In this document: positions 19,200 to 28,109 of the stretch, one piece after another
Layout: each line of letters begins with the position of its first letter
Numbering within the stretch: position 1 is the first letter of the stretch
DNA from: Hyphomicrobiales bacterium
GTDB taxonomy: Bacteria; Pseudomonadota; Alphaproteobacteria; Rhizobiales; Beijerinckiaceae
Length of the DNA: 64,000 bases
Direction of reading: 5' to 3'
Assembly: GCA_043784465.1 (NCBI GenBank)
Contig: JAYVYJ010000002.1
Span: forward strand, 17,062 to 81,061
The notes under the pieces: generated by a model
Database searches by the model: none
Told to the model about the DNA's origin: nothing
The model's input: only the letters and a program-made list of their open reading frames with translations
Position numbers and translations under genes: made by a program

Positions 19200-20030
19200 A
19201 TGCGAGGCAAAACCGTCGTCGCGACCGGCGCGACTTCCGGCATCGGCGCCGCCGCCGTCGAGGCGCTGGCGCGTCAGGGCGCGCGCATCGTGTTCGTCGC
19301 GCGCGACGCCGCCCGCGCCGAGGCGACGCGGGCGCGGCTGGACGCGGTCGCGCCCGGCCTTGGCCACAAGGCCTATCTCGCCGATCTGTCGCTGATGCGG
19401 GAGACCCGGCGCGTCGGCGCGGAGATCGCCGCCGCCGAGCTCCGAGTCGACGTTCTCATCAACAATGCGGGCGCGCTGTTTTCGAACCGGCGCCTGACGG
19501 CGGAGGGGTTGGAGACGACCTTCGCTTTAAATCACATGAGTTATTTCGTGCTGACCGCGGCCTTGCGCGAACGCGTCGTGGCCGCGCAGGGGCGTATAGT
19601 ATCGACCGCCTCGGCGGCGCATCAAGGGGTGCGGCTCGATTTCGACGACCTCCAGAGTGCGAAAGTCGCGCCGGGCTTCCGGGTCTATGGACGTTCGAAG
19701 CTCTGCAACATTCTGTTCACGCGCGAACTCAGCCGCCGGCTGGCGGGGACGGGCGCAACGGCCAATTGCCTGCACCCGGGCGTCGTCGCCTCGCGCTTCG
19801 CCGACGAGGCCGGGGGCTGGACGGCGCCGCTGTTCAAGTTGGTGAAACGCTTCGCGATTTCGCCGCAGCAGGGCGCGGACACGATGGTGTGGCTGGCGAG
19901 TTCGCCCGACGTCGAGGGCGTCACGGGCCATTATTTCGCGCGCCGCACGCTCAAGCCGCCTTCGCACGCGGCGCAAGACGAGGGGGCGGCGCGGCGGCTT
20001 TGGGAAATCAGCGAGAAGCTCGCCGCTTGA
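19200..20030 (+). CDS. SDR family oxidoreductase (retinol dehydrogenase/WWOX-like)
   Basis: TGATSGIG, LINNAG, FALNHMSYF, YGRSKLCN and NCLHPG. Confidence 0.9.
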   Translation: MRGKTVVATGATSGIGAAAVEALARQGARIVFVARDAARAEATRARLDAVAPGLGHKAYLADLSLMRETRRVGAEIAAAELRVDVLINNAGALFSNRRLTAEGLETTFALNHMSYFVLTAALRERVVAAQGRIVSTASAAHQGVRLDFDDLQSAKVAPGFRVYGRSKLCNILFTRELSRRLAGTGATANCLHPGVVASRFADEAGGWTAPLFKLVKRFAISPQQGADTMVWLASSPDVEGVTGHYFARRTLKPPSHAAQDEGAARRLWEISEKLAA

Positions 20031-20086
20031 CCCGGCTGCGCAACATCGCGGAACCTTGCGCTTTGCGAATCAAAGAGGCTTGGAAA

Positions 20087-20383
20087 ATGCGCCTTTGGAC
20101 GATGGTTCTGACGCTGGTCGCGACAGGGGCGCTTGCGCAATCGGCCGTCGCGGAGCCCTCGTTCACGCTTGTGGGAGGGTCCAGTTGCTCGGGGGCCGTG
20201 GAGCGCTACCGCGCCGTGCAGGACAACGATCTGGCGATGGGCCATGTCGGAAAATCGGTTTACGTCCAGATCAAGCGGGAGATCGAAGAGGCCGAAAAGG
20301 TCTGCGCGGCGGGGCAGGACGCCCGGGCCATTTCGATGATCCGCGCGTCGCAGGCCCGGCACGGTTATCCCACCGGCATCTGA
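20087..20383 (+). CDS. Small secreted hypothetical protein (98 aa, two cysteines)
   Basis: ATG at 20087 after AGAGG; signal-like MRLWTMVLTLVATGALAQSAVA. The 3' end overlaps the convergent GT4 gene. Confidence 0.7.
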   Translation: MRLWTMVLTLVATGALAQSAVAEPSFTLVGGSSCSGAVERYRAVQDNDLAMGHVGKSVYVQIKREIEEAEKVCAAGQDARAISMIRASQARHGYPTGI

Positions 20384-21459
20384 GCCGCGCGCCAGATCGC
20401 CGACAGCCGGCCCGCATAGCCGTCCAGATCGAGCCGCTCGCGGTGCAGGCGCATGGCGGCTTCGCCGAGGCGGGCGCGCAAGCCCGTGTCTTCGATCAGG
20501 CGTCGGAGAGCGTGCGTCAGGGCGGGCACGTCGCCGGGCGGGACCAGCAGGCCGGTCTCGCCGGGCGCGAGGATGTCCGAGACCGCGCCGACCGGCGTGC
20601 CGATCACCGCGCGGCCGTACGCCATGCCCTCGATCAGCGACATGGGCAGGTTTTCCTGATGCGAGGGCAGCGCCACGATGTCGGAATCGGCGAGCAGCGC
20701 CTGCACCGCCGCCGGTCCGACCCAGCCCGGCGCGCGCACCCGGCCCCCCAAACCCCGCCCGGCGATGGCGCGAGCCAGGCCTTGAACGTCGCCGTCTCCC
20801 GCCAGCGTCGCCCGCCATTCCAGCCCCGGCGGCAGCAGGGCCAGCGCCCGCAACAATTCGTCCGATCCCTTGCGCGGACCCAGACGCCCCAGAAACAGGA
20901 TATGCGCCGGCGCGCCCGCAGGCCTTGGCGCCAGGCCCAAAGGCGCGGCGACGGCGTTGGGCAGGATGTCGATGCGCGGCGAGGCGGCGGGCGCCCGCTC
21001 CGCCAGCCAGTCGCGCCAGACGCGGCCCAGCGCGACGATCCGGGCCGCATCGGTGAAAAGTCGCAGGATGGCGGCTCGCAGAGCCGGCCCCGCCGCGTCG
21101 AAATAGGAGGCGAAGCGCGAGCCGTGCAGATGTACGACATAGGGGCGCCCGAAACGGCGCGCGGTCGCGGCGACCGCGAGCTTGCGCCACGCGCTGCCGT
21201 GCGAGGAAAGATTAATATGAACGAGATCGACGCCCGGAGCGGCGACGCGGACCAGAGTGTGGGCTAGATGCAGAGGCGCCAGCGCCAGCGCGCCCGCGCC
21301 CCGGCTGGCGCAGAAGCCAACCTCGAAGCCCTCGGCTGCGAATTCCCGCGCGCGCGGACGAAGCGCATCCATCATGCGGTCGATGCCGCCCGCGCCGCCT
21401 TGCCCCAGCGGAGTGACGATCAAGACCCGCCGTAGCGGGGCGACGACGTCGCGTTGCAT
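20365..21459 (-). CDS. Glycosyltransferase family 4
   Basis: VVHLHG, ILPNAV, FLGRLGPRKG and PSHQENLPMSLIEGMAYG (EX7E). Confidence 0.9.
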   Translation of the reverse strand: MQRDVVAPLRRVLIVTPLGQGGAGGIDRMMDALRPRAREFAAEGFEVGFCASRGAGALALAPLHLAHTLVRVAAPGVDLVHINLSSHGSAWRKLAVAATARRFGRPYVVHLHGSRFASYFDAAGPALRAAILRLFTDAARIVALGRVWRDWLAERAPAASPRIDILPNAVAAPLGLAPRPAGAPAHILFLGRLGPRKGSDELLRALALLPPGLEWRATLAGDGDVQGLARAIAGRGLGGRVRAPGWVGPAAVQALLADSDIVALPSHQENLPMSLIEGMAYGRAVIGTPVGAVSDILAPGETGLLVPPGDVPALTHALRRLIEDTGLRARLGEAAMRLHRERLDLDGYAGRLSAIWRAAQMPVG

Positions 21460-21511
21460 GTCCGCTCCCCCGATGGGTCCAAAAGACGTCAGCCCCCGCC
21501 TGAACCTACCG

Positions 21512-21527
21512 GAATTGCACCCAATTC
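21512..21527. promoter_or_regulatory. Perfect palindrome GAATTG-N4-CAATTC between the divergent GT4 gene and kinase operon (candidate operator)
   Basis: Seen directly. A further GAATTG occurs at about 21645. The regulator is unknown. Confidence 0.35.
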
Positions 21528-21767
21528 GGCAGGCGTGCGAGCGCTAGGCGCCGCAGCGGGAGGCGTTTGTAAGCGCCTTGTTAAGCATAGCGACGGTTTC
21601 CCGCACGCCCATGCCGCGCCGCCAATACCCGAAGACGGCTCGGGGAATTGGATAATCGAAGGGGATCAACGTCGTATGGATTTATCCGCTCCGGCGGCGG
21701 TTGACCCTTTGGCAATAACCGGCGGCCAAATTGCGGCCATAACGTTGTCGTCATCGAACAGGCCCCC

Positions 21768-23285
21768 ATGCCGCTGTCGCATTATCTGGACCAACTGACG
21801 AGATTTTCGGATTGGTTCATTCCCGCAGATATCGCCGCCAACCGTGAGCAACGCGAGAAGGCGCGCATCTTTCTTTACAGCCATATCTGCGGGCCGTTCA
21901 TCGGCAACACCGTGCCGCTGTCGATCTGGGTGTTCGACCAGACGCTCGATTACCGCGTCATCACGCTGCTGGTTTCGATCACCTCGTTCTGGATCTTCCC
22001 GCCGCTCCTGAAAATGTTCGGCCGCTATTATCTGCTGTCGATCATTTCGGTGCAAGTTTTGATCTTCACGATCCTGTGGAGTTGCTACTTTTACGGCGGC
22101 CTTAGTTCTCCCAACGTCTCGTGGATGCTGACGATCCCGTTGCTGTCGTTCATGTATGTGGGCTCGTCCGCGCAGATGCGCGCGGTGCTGATCGGTCAGT
22201 TCACCGTCAACGCGCTCATTTACTACGCCTTGTGCGTGGCTTTCACCGCGCCGGCGGTGACGCTCGCCACGCCCGCGCTCGAAGTTCTGGGGCTCGTCTC
22301 GACGGCGGCCGCCTGCGCGTATGTGACCATGATGGCGCTGTTTTACGCCAATGCGCTGGCCAGCCAGGTGGAGTTGCAGGTCGAGGTCGATTTGCACCTG
22401 GCCACGGCGGCCGACCTGCTGGCCGCCACCGAGGACGCGCGCCGCTCCTCCACCGCCAAGAGCGACTTCATCGCCCGCATGAGCCACGAACTGCGCACCC
22501 CGCTGAACGCCATCATCGGCTACAGCGAAATCCTGCTCGACGACGCCGACGGCGACCACGTCGAAACGCAGGACCTCGACCGCATCCGCGAGGCGGGCAA
22601 GCATCTGCTCAAGCTCGTCAACCGCATTCTCGACCTGTCCCGCATCGAGGCGGGTCGGATGGAGACGGTCGCCGAGTCCACCAATTGCGCGCATATCGTG
22701 CAGAACGTCGTCGAAGACCTGAAGGCGCTCGCGCTCAAGAACGGCGACGCTCTCACCTGGAAAGTGCAGCCCGGCGTCGGAATCCTCTACACCGACGCGC
22801 ACAAGCTCAGGCAAATCCTGGGCACGCTCGTCGAGAACGCCGTGCAATATACCCGCAACGGCGAAATCGTCGTGTCGGTCGAACGCAGCGACGCGCCTGG
22901 CGACGAGGGGGCTGTCATCGCGGTGCGCGACAACGGGCCGGGCATCGACAGAGATCGTCTGCCCAAAGTGCTCAATAATTTCGACGTGCTCGACGACGAC
23001 AAGGAGAATCCGGATTCGGGCGGCGCCGGCCTTGGCCTGCCGCTAGCGCGGCGCTTGAGCGAACTGATCGGCGCCAGGCTGCGCGTGGAGAGCGAGGTCG
23101 GCAGGGGGACGGCGGCTTTCATCCACGTGCCTCTAGGTGGCGTCGTGACGCCCGCGGGGGAGGAGGACGGGACGGACGTCGCGCGGACGCCGCTGGACTT
23201 GAAGGCGCTCGCCGATCTTGGCGCCGCCATGCGCGCCAAAGAGACTCGCAAAGGCGAATGCAATGACCAAGCTGCTGTTGGTTGA
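21768..23285 (+). CDS. Membrane sensor histidine kinase 1 (about 5-6 TM, HisKA, HATPase)
   Basis: MSHELRTPLNAIIG, LVENAVQY, RDNGPG and GAGLGL. Confidence 0.9.
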   Translation: MPLSHYLDQLTRFSDWFIPADIAANREQREKARIFLYSHICGPFIGNTVPLSIWVFDQTLDYRVITLLVSITSFWIFPPLLKMFGRYYLLSIISVQVLIFTILWSCYFYGGLSSPNVSWMLTIPLLSFMYVGSSAQMRAVLIGQFTVNALIYYALCVAFTAPAVTLATPALEVLGLVSTAAACAYVTMMALFYANALASQVELQVEVDLHLATAADLLAATEDARRSSTAKSDFIARMSHELRTPLNAIIGYSEILLDDADGDHVETQDLDRIREAGKHLLKLVNRILDLSRIEAGRMETVAESTNCAHIVQNVVEDLKALALKNGDALTWKVQPGVGILYTDAHKLRQILGTLVENAVQYTRNGEIVVSVERSDAPGDEGAVIAVRDNGPGIDRDRLPKVLNNFDVLDDDKENPDSGGAGLGLPLARRLSELIGARLRVESEVGRGTAAFIHVPLGGVVTPAGEEDGTDVARTPLDLKALADLGAAMRAKETRKGECNDQAAVG

Positions 23286-23667
23286 GGACAATGAGAACAA
23301 CCGCGACATGCTGTCTCGCCGGCTCATTCGCCAGGGCTTCGAGATCGTGTTTGCGGTCGACGGGCCGGAGGCCATCGCCTTCGCCGCCTCGGAGCGTCCC
23401 GCGCTCATTCTCATGGACGTGGCGCTGGGCGCCATGAGCGGTTGGGACGCGACGCTCGCCGTCAAGGCCAATCCCGCCACGGCGGACATCCCCATCATCG
23501 CGCTGACCGCTCATGCGCTCGCCACCGACCGCCTGCGCAGCGTCGAAGTCGGCTGCTGCGATTTTGACACCAAACCCGTCGATCTCCCCCGCCTGCTCGG
23601 CAAGATCCGCGCCGCCCTCGCGAACGCTCAAACCGCGTCGTCGCCCATTCGAGAGGCCCTCCGTTGA
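23263..23667 (+). CDS. Single-domain response regulator (DivK/CheY-like)
   Basis: LLLVEDNENNRDMLSRRL, LILMDV, PIIALTAHA and DFDTKP. Confidence 0.92.
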   Translation: MTKLLLVEDNENNRDMLSRRLIRQGFEIVFAVDGPEAIAFAASERPALILMDVALGAMSGWDATLAVKANPATADIPIIALTAHALATDRLRSVEVGCCDFDTKPVDLPRLLGKIRAALANAQTASSPIREALR

Positions 23668-25124
23668 CCGCAATCGCTTCCTCCGTCGTCTTGCCTCAAG
23701 CCGGCTCCGGCTCGGCTTTCGTCGACCGCGTCATTCGCATCGTCGATTGGTTCATTCCGGCCTGGGTCCACAACGAACGCAACGAACTTGCGGTCTGGCG
23801 CAACTACGTATTCACGCATCTGGCGGGTCCGTTGATGGCCCAGTCGATCTCCGTCTTTCTTTACAGCACCGACCAGAGCCACGGCATCGCCTGCTGGACG
23901 ATGATCGCCGGCATCAGCGGATTCTGGTCGCTGTCGTTCGTTCTCAAATTTACCGAAAGCCTGTCGCTGGCCGCCATCGGCTCGGTGCAATTGCTGTGCA
24001 TGGCCTCGCTCGGCGGGGCTTATTTTTATGGCGGCGTCGCCTCCCCGTTCCTGCCATGGATCCTGGTCGCGGTGCTGCTTGGATTCTTTTATCTGTCCGA
24101 CCGGCCGAAGTTCGTCGCCTCGCTGGTGATCGGCAATATCTCGGCCTTCGCCGTGGCCGCGCTGGTCTTTGGCTTTCCCGAGATCGTGCCGCTGCACAAG
24201 CTCACCCAGGTCGGCTGGATCTCGGTCATCTCGGGCGGCATTTACATGGCGTGGATGGCGATCTTCTATTCCAAGATCATGTCCATGCGCTCGACGCTTC
24301 AGCGCGAGACGGACAATCATCGCCGCACCGCCGAGAGCCTTCAGTCGGCCAAGGTGCGGGCCGAGCGCGTGAGCCGCGCCAAGTCGATCTTCCTGGCGCG
24401 CATGAGCCATGAATTGCGCACTCCGCTGAACGCCGTCATCGGCTACAGCGAAATCCTGCTCGAAGACCTGCCCGCCGAGGGCGACGCGCAGCGCCGTTCC
24501 GATCTCCAGCGCATCAACGACGCGGGCAAACATCTGTTGTCGCTCGTCACCGAGGTGCTCGACATCTCCAAGATCGAGCGCAACGATTCCGACGTGAAGG
24601 CCGAAACGTTCGACGTCGCCGCCATCATCCAGCAGATCAAGGCGACCTGCGACTCGCTCGCCAAAGTCAAGAAGAACGAGCTTGTGCTCGAACTTCAGCC
24701 CGAACTGGGGACCATGCACAACGACGCGGTGAAGTTCCGCCAAATATTGCTGAACCTGCTCAGCAACGCCGCGAAATTCACCAGCAACGGACGGATCGTC
24801 GTCTCGGCGTTGCGGCGCGCCGGCGAGAATGGCGAAGAGATCGAAGTCAGCGTCTCCGACAGCGGCATCGGCATGACGCCGGACGAGATTTCGCGCCTGT
24901 TCAAACGATTCAGTCAAGCTTCTGCGGATACGGAAAAGCGGTTCGGCGGCTCGGGTCTCGGCCTTTCCATCTGCGCAAGTTTCTGCACGCTGATGGGCGG
25001 CGCCATCAGGGTGGACAGCGCGGTCGGCAAGGGCTCGCGCTTCACCGCCGTCCTTCCCGTGCGGCTTCCCGCCGTCGCTCGCCCCGCCGGGTCCGGCGAG
25101 GCCGTCCTGAATATTGTGGCTTAA
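23664..25124 (+). CDS. Membrane sensor histidine kinase 2, paralogue of kinase 1
   Basis: TTG start overlaps the upstream stop. MSHELRTPLNAVIG, NLLSNAAKFT, SDSGIG, FSQAS and GSGLGLSI. Confidence 0.92.
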   Translation: MTAIASSVVLPQAGSGSAFVDRVIRIVDWFIPAWVHNERNELAVWRNYVFTHLAGPLMAQSISVFLYSTDQSHGIACWTMIAGISGFWSLSFVLKFTESLSLAAIGSVQLLCMASLGGAYFYGGVASPFLPWILVAVLLGFFYLSDRPKFVASLVIGNISAFAVAALVFGFPEIVPLHKLTQVGWISVISGGIYMAWMAIFYSKIMSMRSTLQRETDNHRRTAESLQSAKVRAERVSRAKSIFLARMSHELRTPLNAVIGYSEILLEDLPAEGDAQRRSDLQRINDAGKHLLSLVTEVLDISKIERNDSDVKAETFDVAAIIQQIKATCDSLAKVKKNELVLELQPELGTMHNDAVKFRQILLNLLSNAAKFTSNGRIVVSALRRAGENGEEIEVSVSDSGIGMTPDEISRLFKRFSQASADTEKRFGGSGLGLSICASFCTLMGGAIRVDSAVGKGSRFTAVLPVRLPAVARPAGSGEAVLNIVA

Positions 25125-25133
25125 GAGGGCGTC

Positions 25134-27026
25134 ATGTCGAATTCTCCGCTCGCGGCGTTCCCCGCGCCCCGGCGCGATCCCGCCACGGCGTCCGCGCCTT
25201 CGGCCCGGTTGCTGCTCGTCGACGACATCGAGGACAACCGCATCGTGCTGCGTCGTCGCTTCCAGCGACGCGGGTTCGAGGTCGAAGAGGCCGAATCCGG
25301 AGCATGCGCGCTCCAGATGATTGGCGCCAGCGCCTACGATCTCGTGCTGCTCGACGTACGCATGCCCGACATGGACGGCATAGAAGCGCTCAAGCGCATA
25401 CGGCTTTCTCATTCGGCCGATGTGCTGCCGGTCATCATGTGTACCGCCAACAACGCCAGCGAAGACATCGTTGTGGCGCTGGAGGCCGGCGCCAACGATT
25501 ATGTCGCCAAACCTGTGGACTTCGCCGTGGCGCTGGCGCGCGTGCAGGTGCAGATAGAGCGCAAGCGCGCCAATGGCCGGCTCAACGACGCCTACGCGGA
25601 ACTCAACTCGCTCAATGGCGATCTTGAGCGGCGCGTGGAGGAGCGCACCGCCGACCTCGCCTCGACCAACGAAAGGCTGATGCTCGAAGTGCTGCGCCGT
25701 CAGCAGGCCGACGCGCGCACGCAATATCTGGCCTATCATGACGCGCTGACGGGCCTGCCCAACCGCGAGACCTTCCGGGAATCTTGTCAGGAAGCGCTGG
25801 CGTCGGCGAAGGCCGGCGCCGCCCCGGCGGCGGTGTTTTTCCTCGACCTCGACGGCTTCAAGGCGATCAACGACACGCTGGGCCACAGCGTCGGCGATCT
25901 TCTGCTGAAAGCGGTGGCGACGCGGCTGCGCGACCGGTTGCCCCAGAACGTGATGATCGCGCGGCTTGGGGGCGACGAATTCGGCGTTCTTCTGGCCAAC
26001 TGCCCGACCGTTGGCGAGGCGATCGGCCTCGCCAGCGACCTGATCGAGGCGGCCGCCGAGCCGTTTCCCGTCGATACCCAAATCCTTTCCGTCGCCGCCA
26101 GCGTCGGCGTGGCGTTGTCCTCGCAGAGCGAGGAAAGCGTCGACGATCTTCTCAAATGCGCCGATCTGGCGATGTACCGGGCCAAGGAGGACGGGCGCAA
26201 CGGCATGGGCACAGGCGCCTATCGCATCTTCGATCCCAGCATGGATCAGGAAGCGCAAAACGCGCTCGCGCTCAAGACGGAGATGCGCGCCGCGCTGATA
26301 AAGGGCGAGTTCCGGCTGCATTTCCAGCCCATCGTCTCGGTGATGACGGGCAGGATCGTCGCCTTCGAGGCGCTTATCCGCTGGGAGCATCCCGTGCGCG
26401 GCCTCATCGGTCCCGGCCATTTCATTCCGCTGGCCGAAAGCACGCGCCTGATCGTGCCGATCGGCGAGTGGGTGATCCGCGAAGCGTGCCGGGTCGCGGC
26501 GACCTGGCCCGACGACATCAAGGTCGCGGTCAATTTGTCGCCCGTGCAGTTTCAGCGCTGCGAACTCACGCCCATCGTCGTCAGCGCGCTCGCTCAATCG
26601 GGCCTCGCGCCGCATCGGCTGGAGCTTGAGATCACCGAATCCGTGCTGCTCGACAAGGCCGACAAGCATGTGCGAACTCTGGAGGCGCTGCGTGCGATAG
26701 GCGCGACCATTTCGATGGACGATTTCGGCACCGGCTTTTCCAGCCTGAGCTATCTGCGGACTTTCCCGTTCGACAAGATCAAGATCGACCAGTCGTTCGT
26801 GCAGAGCCTGGGCACGGACAAGCGCAGCCTCGACATCATCACCGCGATCGCTGGGCTCGGAAGAAGTTTCGGCATGAAAACGGTGGCGGAAGGCGTCGAG
26901 ACGGTGGCGCAATATGCAGCCATCGCCGAGCAGGGCTGCACGGAGGTCCAGGGGCGCTTCTACTCAATGCCCATGAGCCCCGAGGACGCGGCCAAGCTGC
27001 TACGAAGCCAGTCGAAGGCGGAGTGA
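25134..27026 (+). CDS. REC-GGDEF-EAL c-di-GMP signalling protein
   Basis: Receiver (LVDD, LLDV, KP), HDALTGLPNR, DLDGFK..ND..GH, RLGGDEF, EALIRW, ELEITES, DDFGTGFSSLSYL, KIDQSF and EGVET. Confidence 0.95.
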   Translation: MSNSPLAAFPAPRRDPATASAPSARLLLVDDIEDNRIVLRRRFQRRGFEVEEAESGACALQMIGASAYDLVLLDVRMPDMDGIEALKRIRLSHSADVLPVIMCTANNASEDIVVALEAGANDYVAKPVDFAVALARVQVQIERKRANGRLNDAYAELNSLNGDLERRVEERTADLASTNERLMLEVLRRQQADARTQYLAYHDALTGLPNRETFRESCQEALASAKAGAAPAAVFFLDLDGFKAINDTLGHSVGDLLLKAVATRLRDRLPQNVMIARLGGDEFGVLLANCPTVGEAIGLASDLIEAAAEPFPVDTQILSVAASVGVALSSQSEESVDDLLKCADLAMYRAKEDGRNGMGTGAYRIFDPSMDQEAQNALALKTEMRAALIKGEFRLHFQPIVSVMTGRIVAFEALIRWEHPVRGLIGPGHFIPLAESTRLIVPIGEWVIREACRVAATWPDDIKVAVNLSPVQFQRCELTPIVVSALAQSGLAPHRLELEITESVLLDKADKHVRTLEALRAIGATISMDDFGTGFSSLSYLRTFPFDKIKIDQSFVQSLGTDKRSLDIITAIAGLGRSFGMKTVAEGVETVAQYAAIAEQGCTEVQGRFYSMPMSPEDAAKLLRSQSKAE

Positions 27027-27056
27027 AGCGGGGAGCGTGGTCGCTCCCCGCTTCAC
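27023..27056. terminator. 15-bp perfect hairpin between convergent genes (probable terminator or RNA stabiliser)
   Basis: GTGAAGCGGGGAGCG-TGGT-CGCTCCCCGCTTCAC. There is no clear U-tract. Confidence 0.6.
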
Positions 27057-27082
27057 AAGACGAGGCGAACCAACGCCCCGTT

Positions 27083-27979
27083 TTACTGCATGATCCCGGT
27101 ATCGCAGGAATCTACCCGCCCGCTCTGCAAGCCCGCCGTCAGCCATTTCTGCCGTTGCGCCGACGAGCCGTGAGTGAAACTATCGGGAACGGCGTAACCG
27201 CGCGCCGACTTTTGCAAATTGTCGTCGCCGATGGCCTGCGCGGTTGCGATGGCCTTTGCGATATCGTCCTGGCTGATGAGGTTCCATTTCTTGTTGGCGT
27301 TCGCCGCCCAAACGCCCGCCAAACAATCGGCGTTCAACTCGACGCGCACCGAAATGGCGTTGGCTTGCGTGCGGGAGCCGTTCTGTTTGGCTTCATCGGT
27401 GCGGTCGAGGATGCCGAGCAGGTCCTGAACGTGATGGCCGATTTCGTGGGACACCACGTAGGCGATGGCGAAATCGCCGCCGCCGCCGTATTTCGTCTCC
27501 ATATCGCGGAAGAACGCGGTGTCGAGATAGACCTTCTTGTCGTTGGGGCAATAGAACGGGCCCATCGCCGCTTTCGCGCCGCCGCAACCCGACTGCGTCG
27601 CGCCGTTGTAGAGCACAAGGGTCGCCGGCGTGTAGCGCACGCCCTTCTGTGCCGGCAAAATCTCCGACCATACAGCCTCGGTCTCGCCCAGGACGTGACG
27701 AAGCAACTGGGTGTCGCGATCCTGAGCCGGGGCGCGGGCGGTCTGCGTAGGCTGCGCCGACTGCGTCTGGGTCTGGCCTCCGCCGCCGGTGAGGATTTGC
27801 GCGCCGCCAAGCAATACGGCCGGGTTGATGCCGGTGAAATAGCTGACGATGAGGACAAGGACGATGGCGCCGATGCCGAGGCCGCCTGTCCCAATCGACC
27901 CGCCGCCGCCGTAGCTGGCGCTGGTCTGGCCGCGCCGGTCCTCGACGTTTGAGGATTCGGGGGTGTTTTGCCAATCCAT
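27083..27979 (-). CDS. ypfJ: YpfJ-family neutral zinc metallopeptidase
   Basis: SSNVEDRRG, one TM, MGPFYCPND.KVYLD, SHEIGHHVQ, ELNADCLAG.W and PDSFTHGSS.QR..W. Confidence 0.92.
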   Translation of the reverse strand: MDWQNTPESSNVEDRRGQTSASYGGGGSIGTGGLGIGAIVLVLIVSYFTGINPAVLLGGAQILTGGGGQTQTQSAQPTQTARAPAQDRDTQLLRHVLGETEAVWSEILPAQKGVRYTPATLVLYNGATQSGCGGAKAAMGPFYCPNDKKVYLDTAFFRDMETKYGGGGDFAIAYVVSHEIGHHVQDLLGILDRTDEAKQNGSRTQANAISVRVELNADCLAGVWAANANKKWNLISQDDIAKAIATAQAIGDDNLQKSARGYAVPDSFTHGSSAQRQKWLTAGLQSGRVDSCDTGIMQ

Positions 27980-28109
27980 CGGCGCTTCCTCCTCTAAATC
28001 GAGCCGGTTGTAACAGAGGGCTTTCCGCCCCGATAGACTTGGCGCCGCAACACGCGTCGAGGCGGAAACGCACCTCGGAGGGCGCGAGTTCCCGTCCTTC
28101 GCGATTCCC

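Noticed and set aside
23628-26912. 1094-aa minus-strand ORF, and similar long shadow ORFs (53553-55847, 32743-34191, 36145-37554, 37898-39529, 59628-60926)
   Set aside because: They are antisense to well-supported genes and have no recognisable motifs. Such ORFs are expected from GC-rich codon bias.
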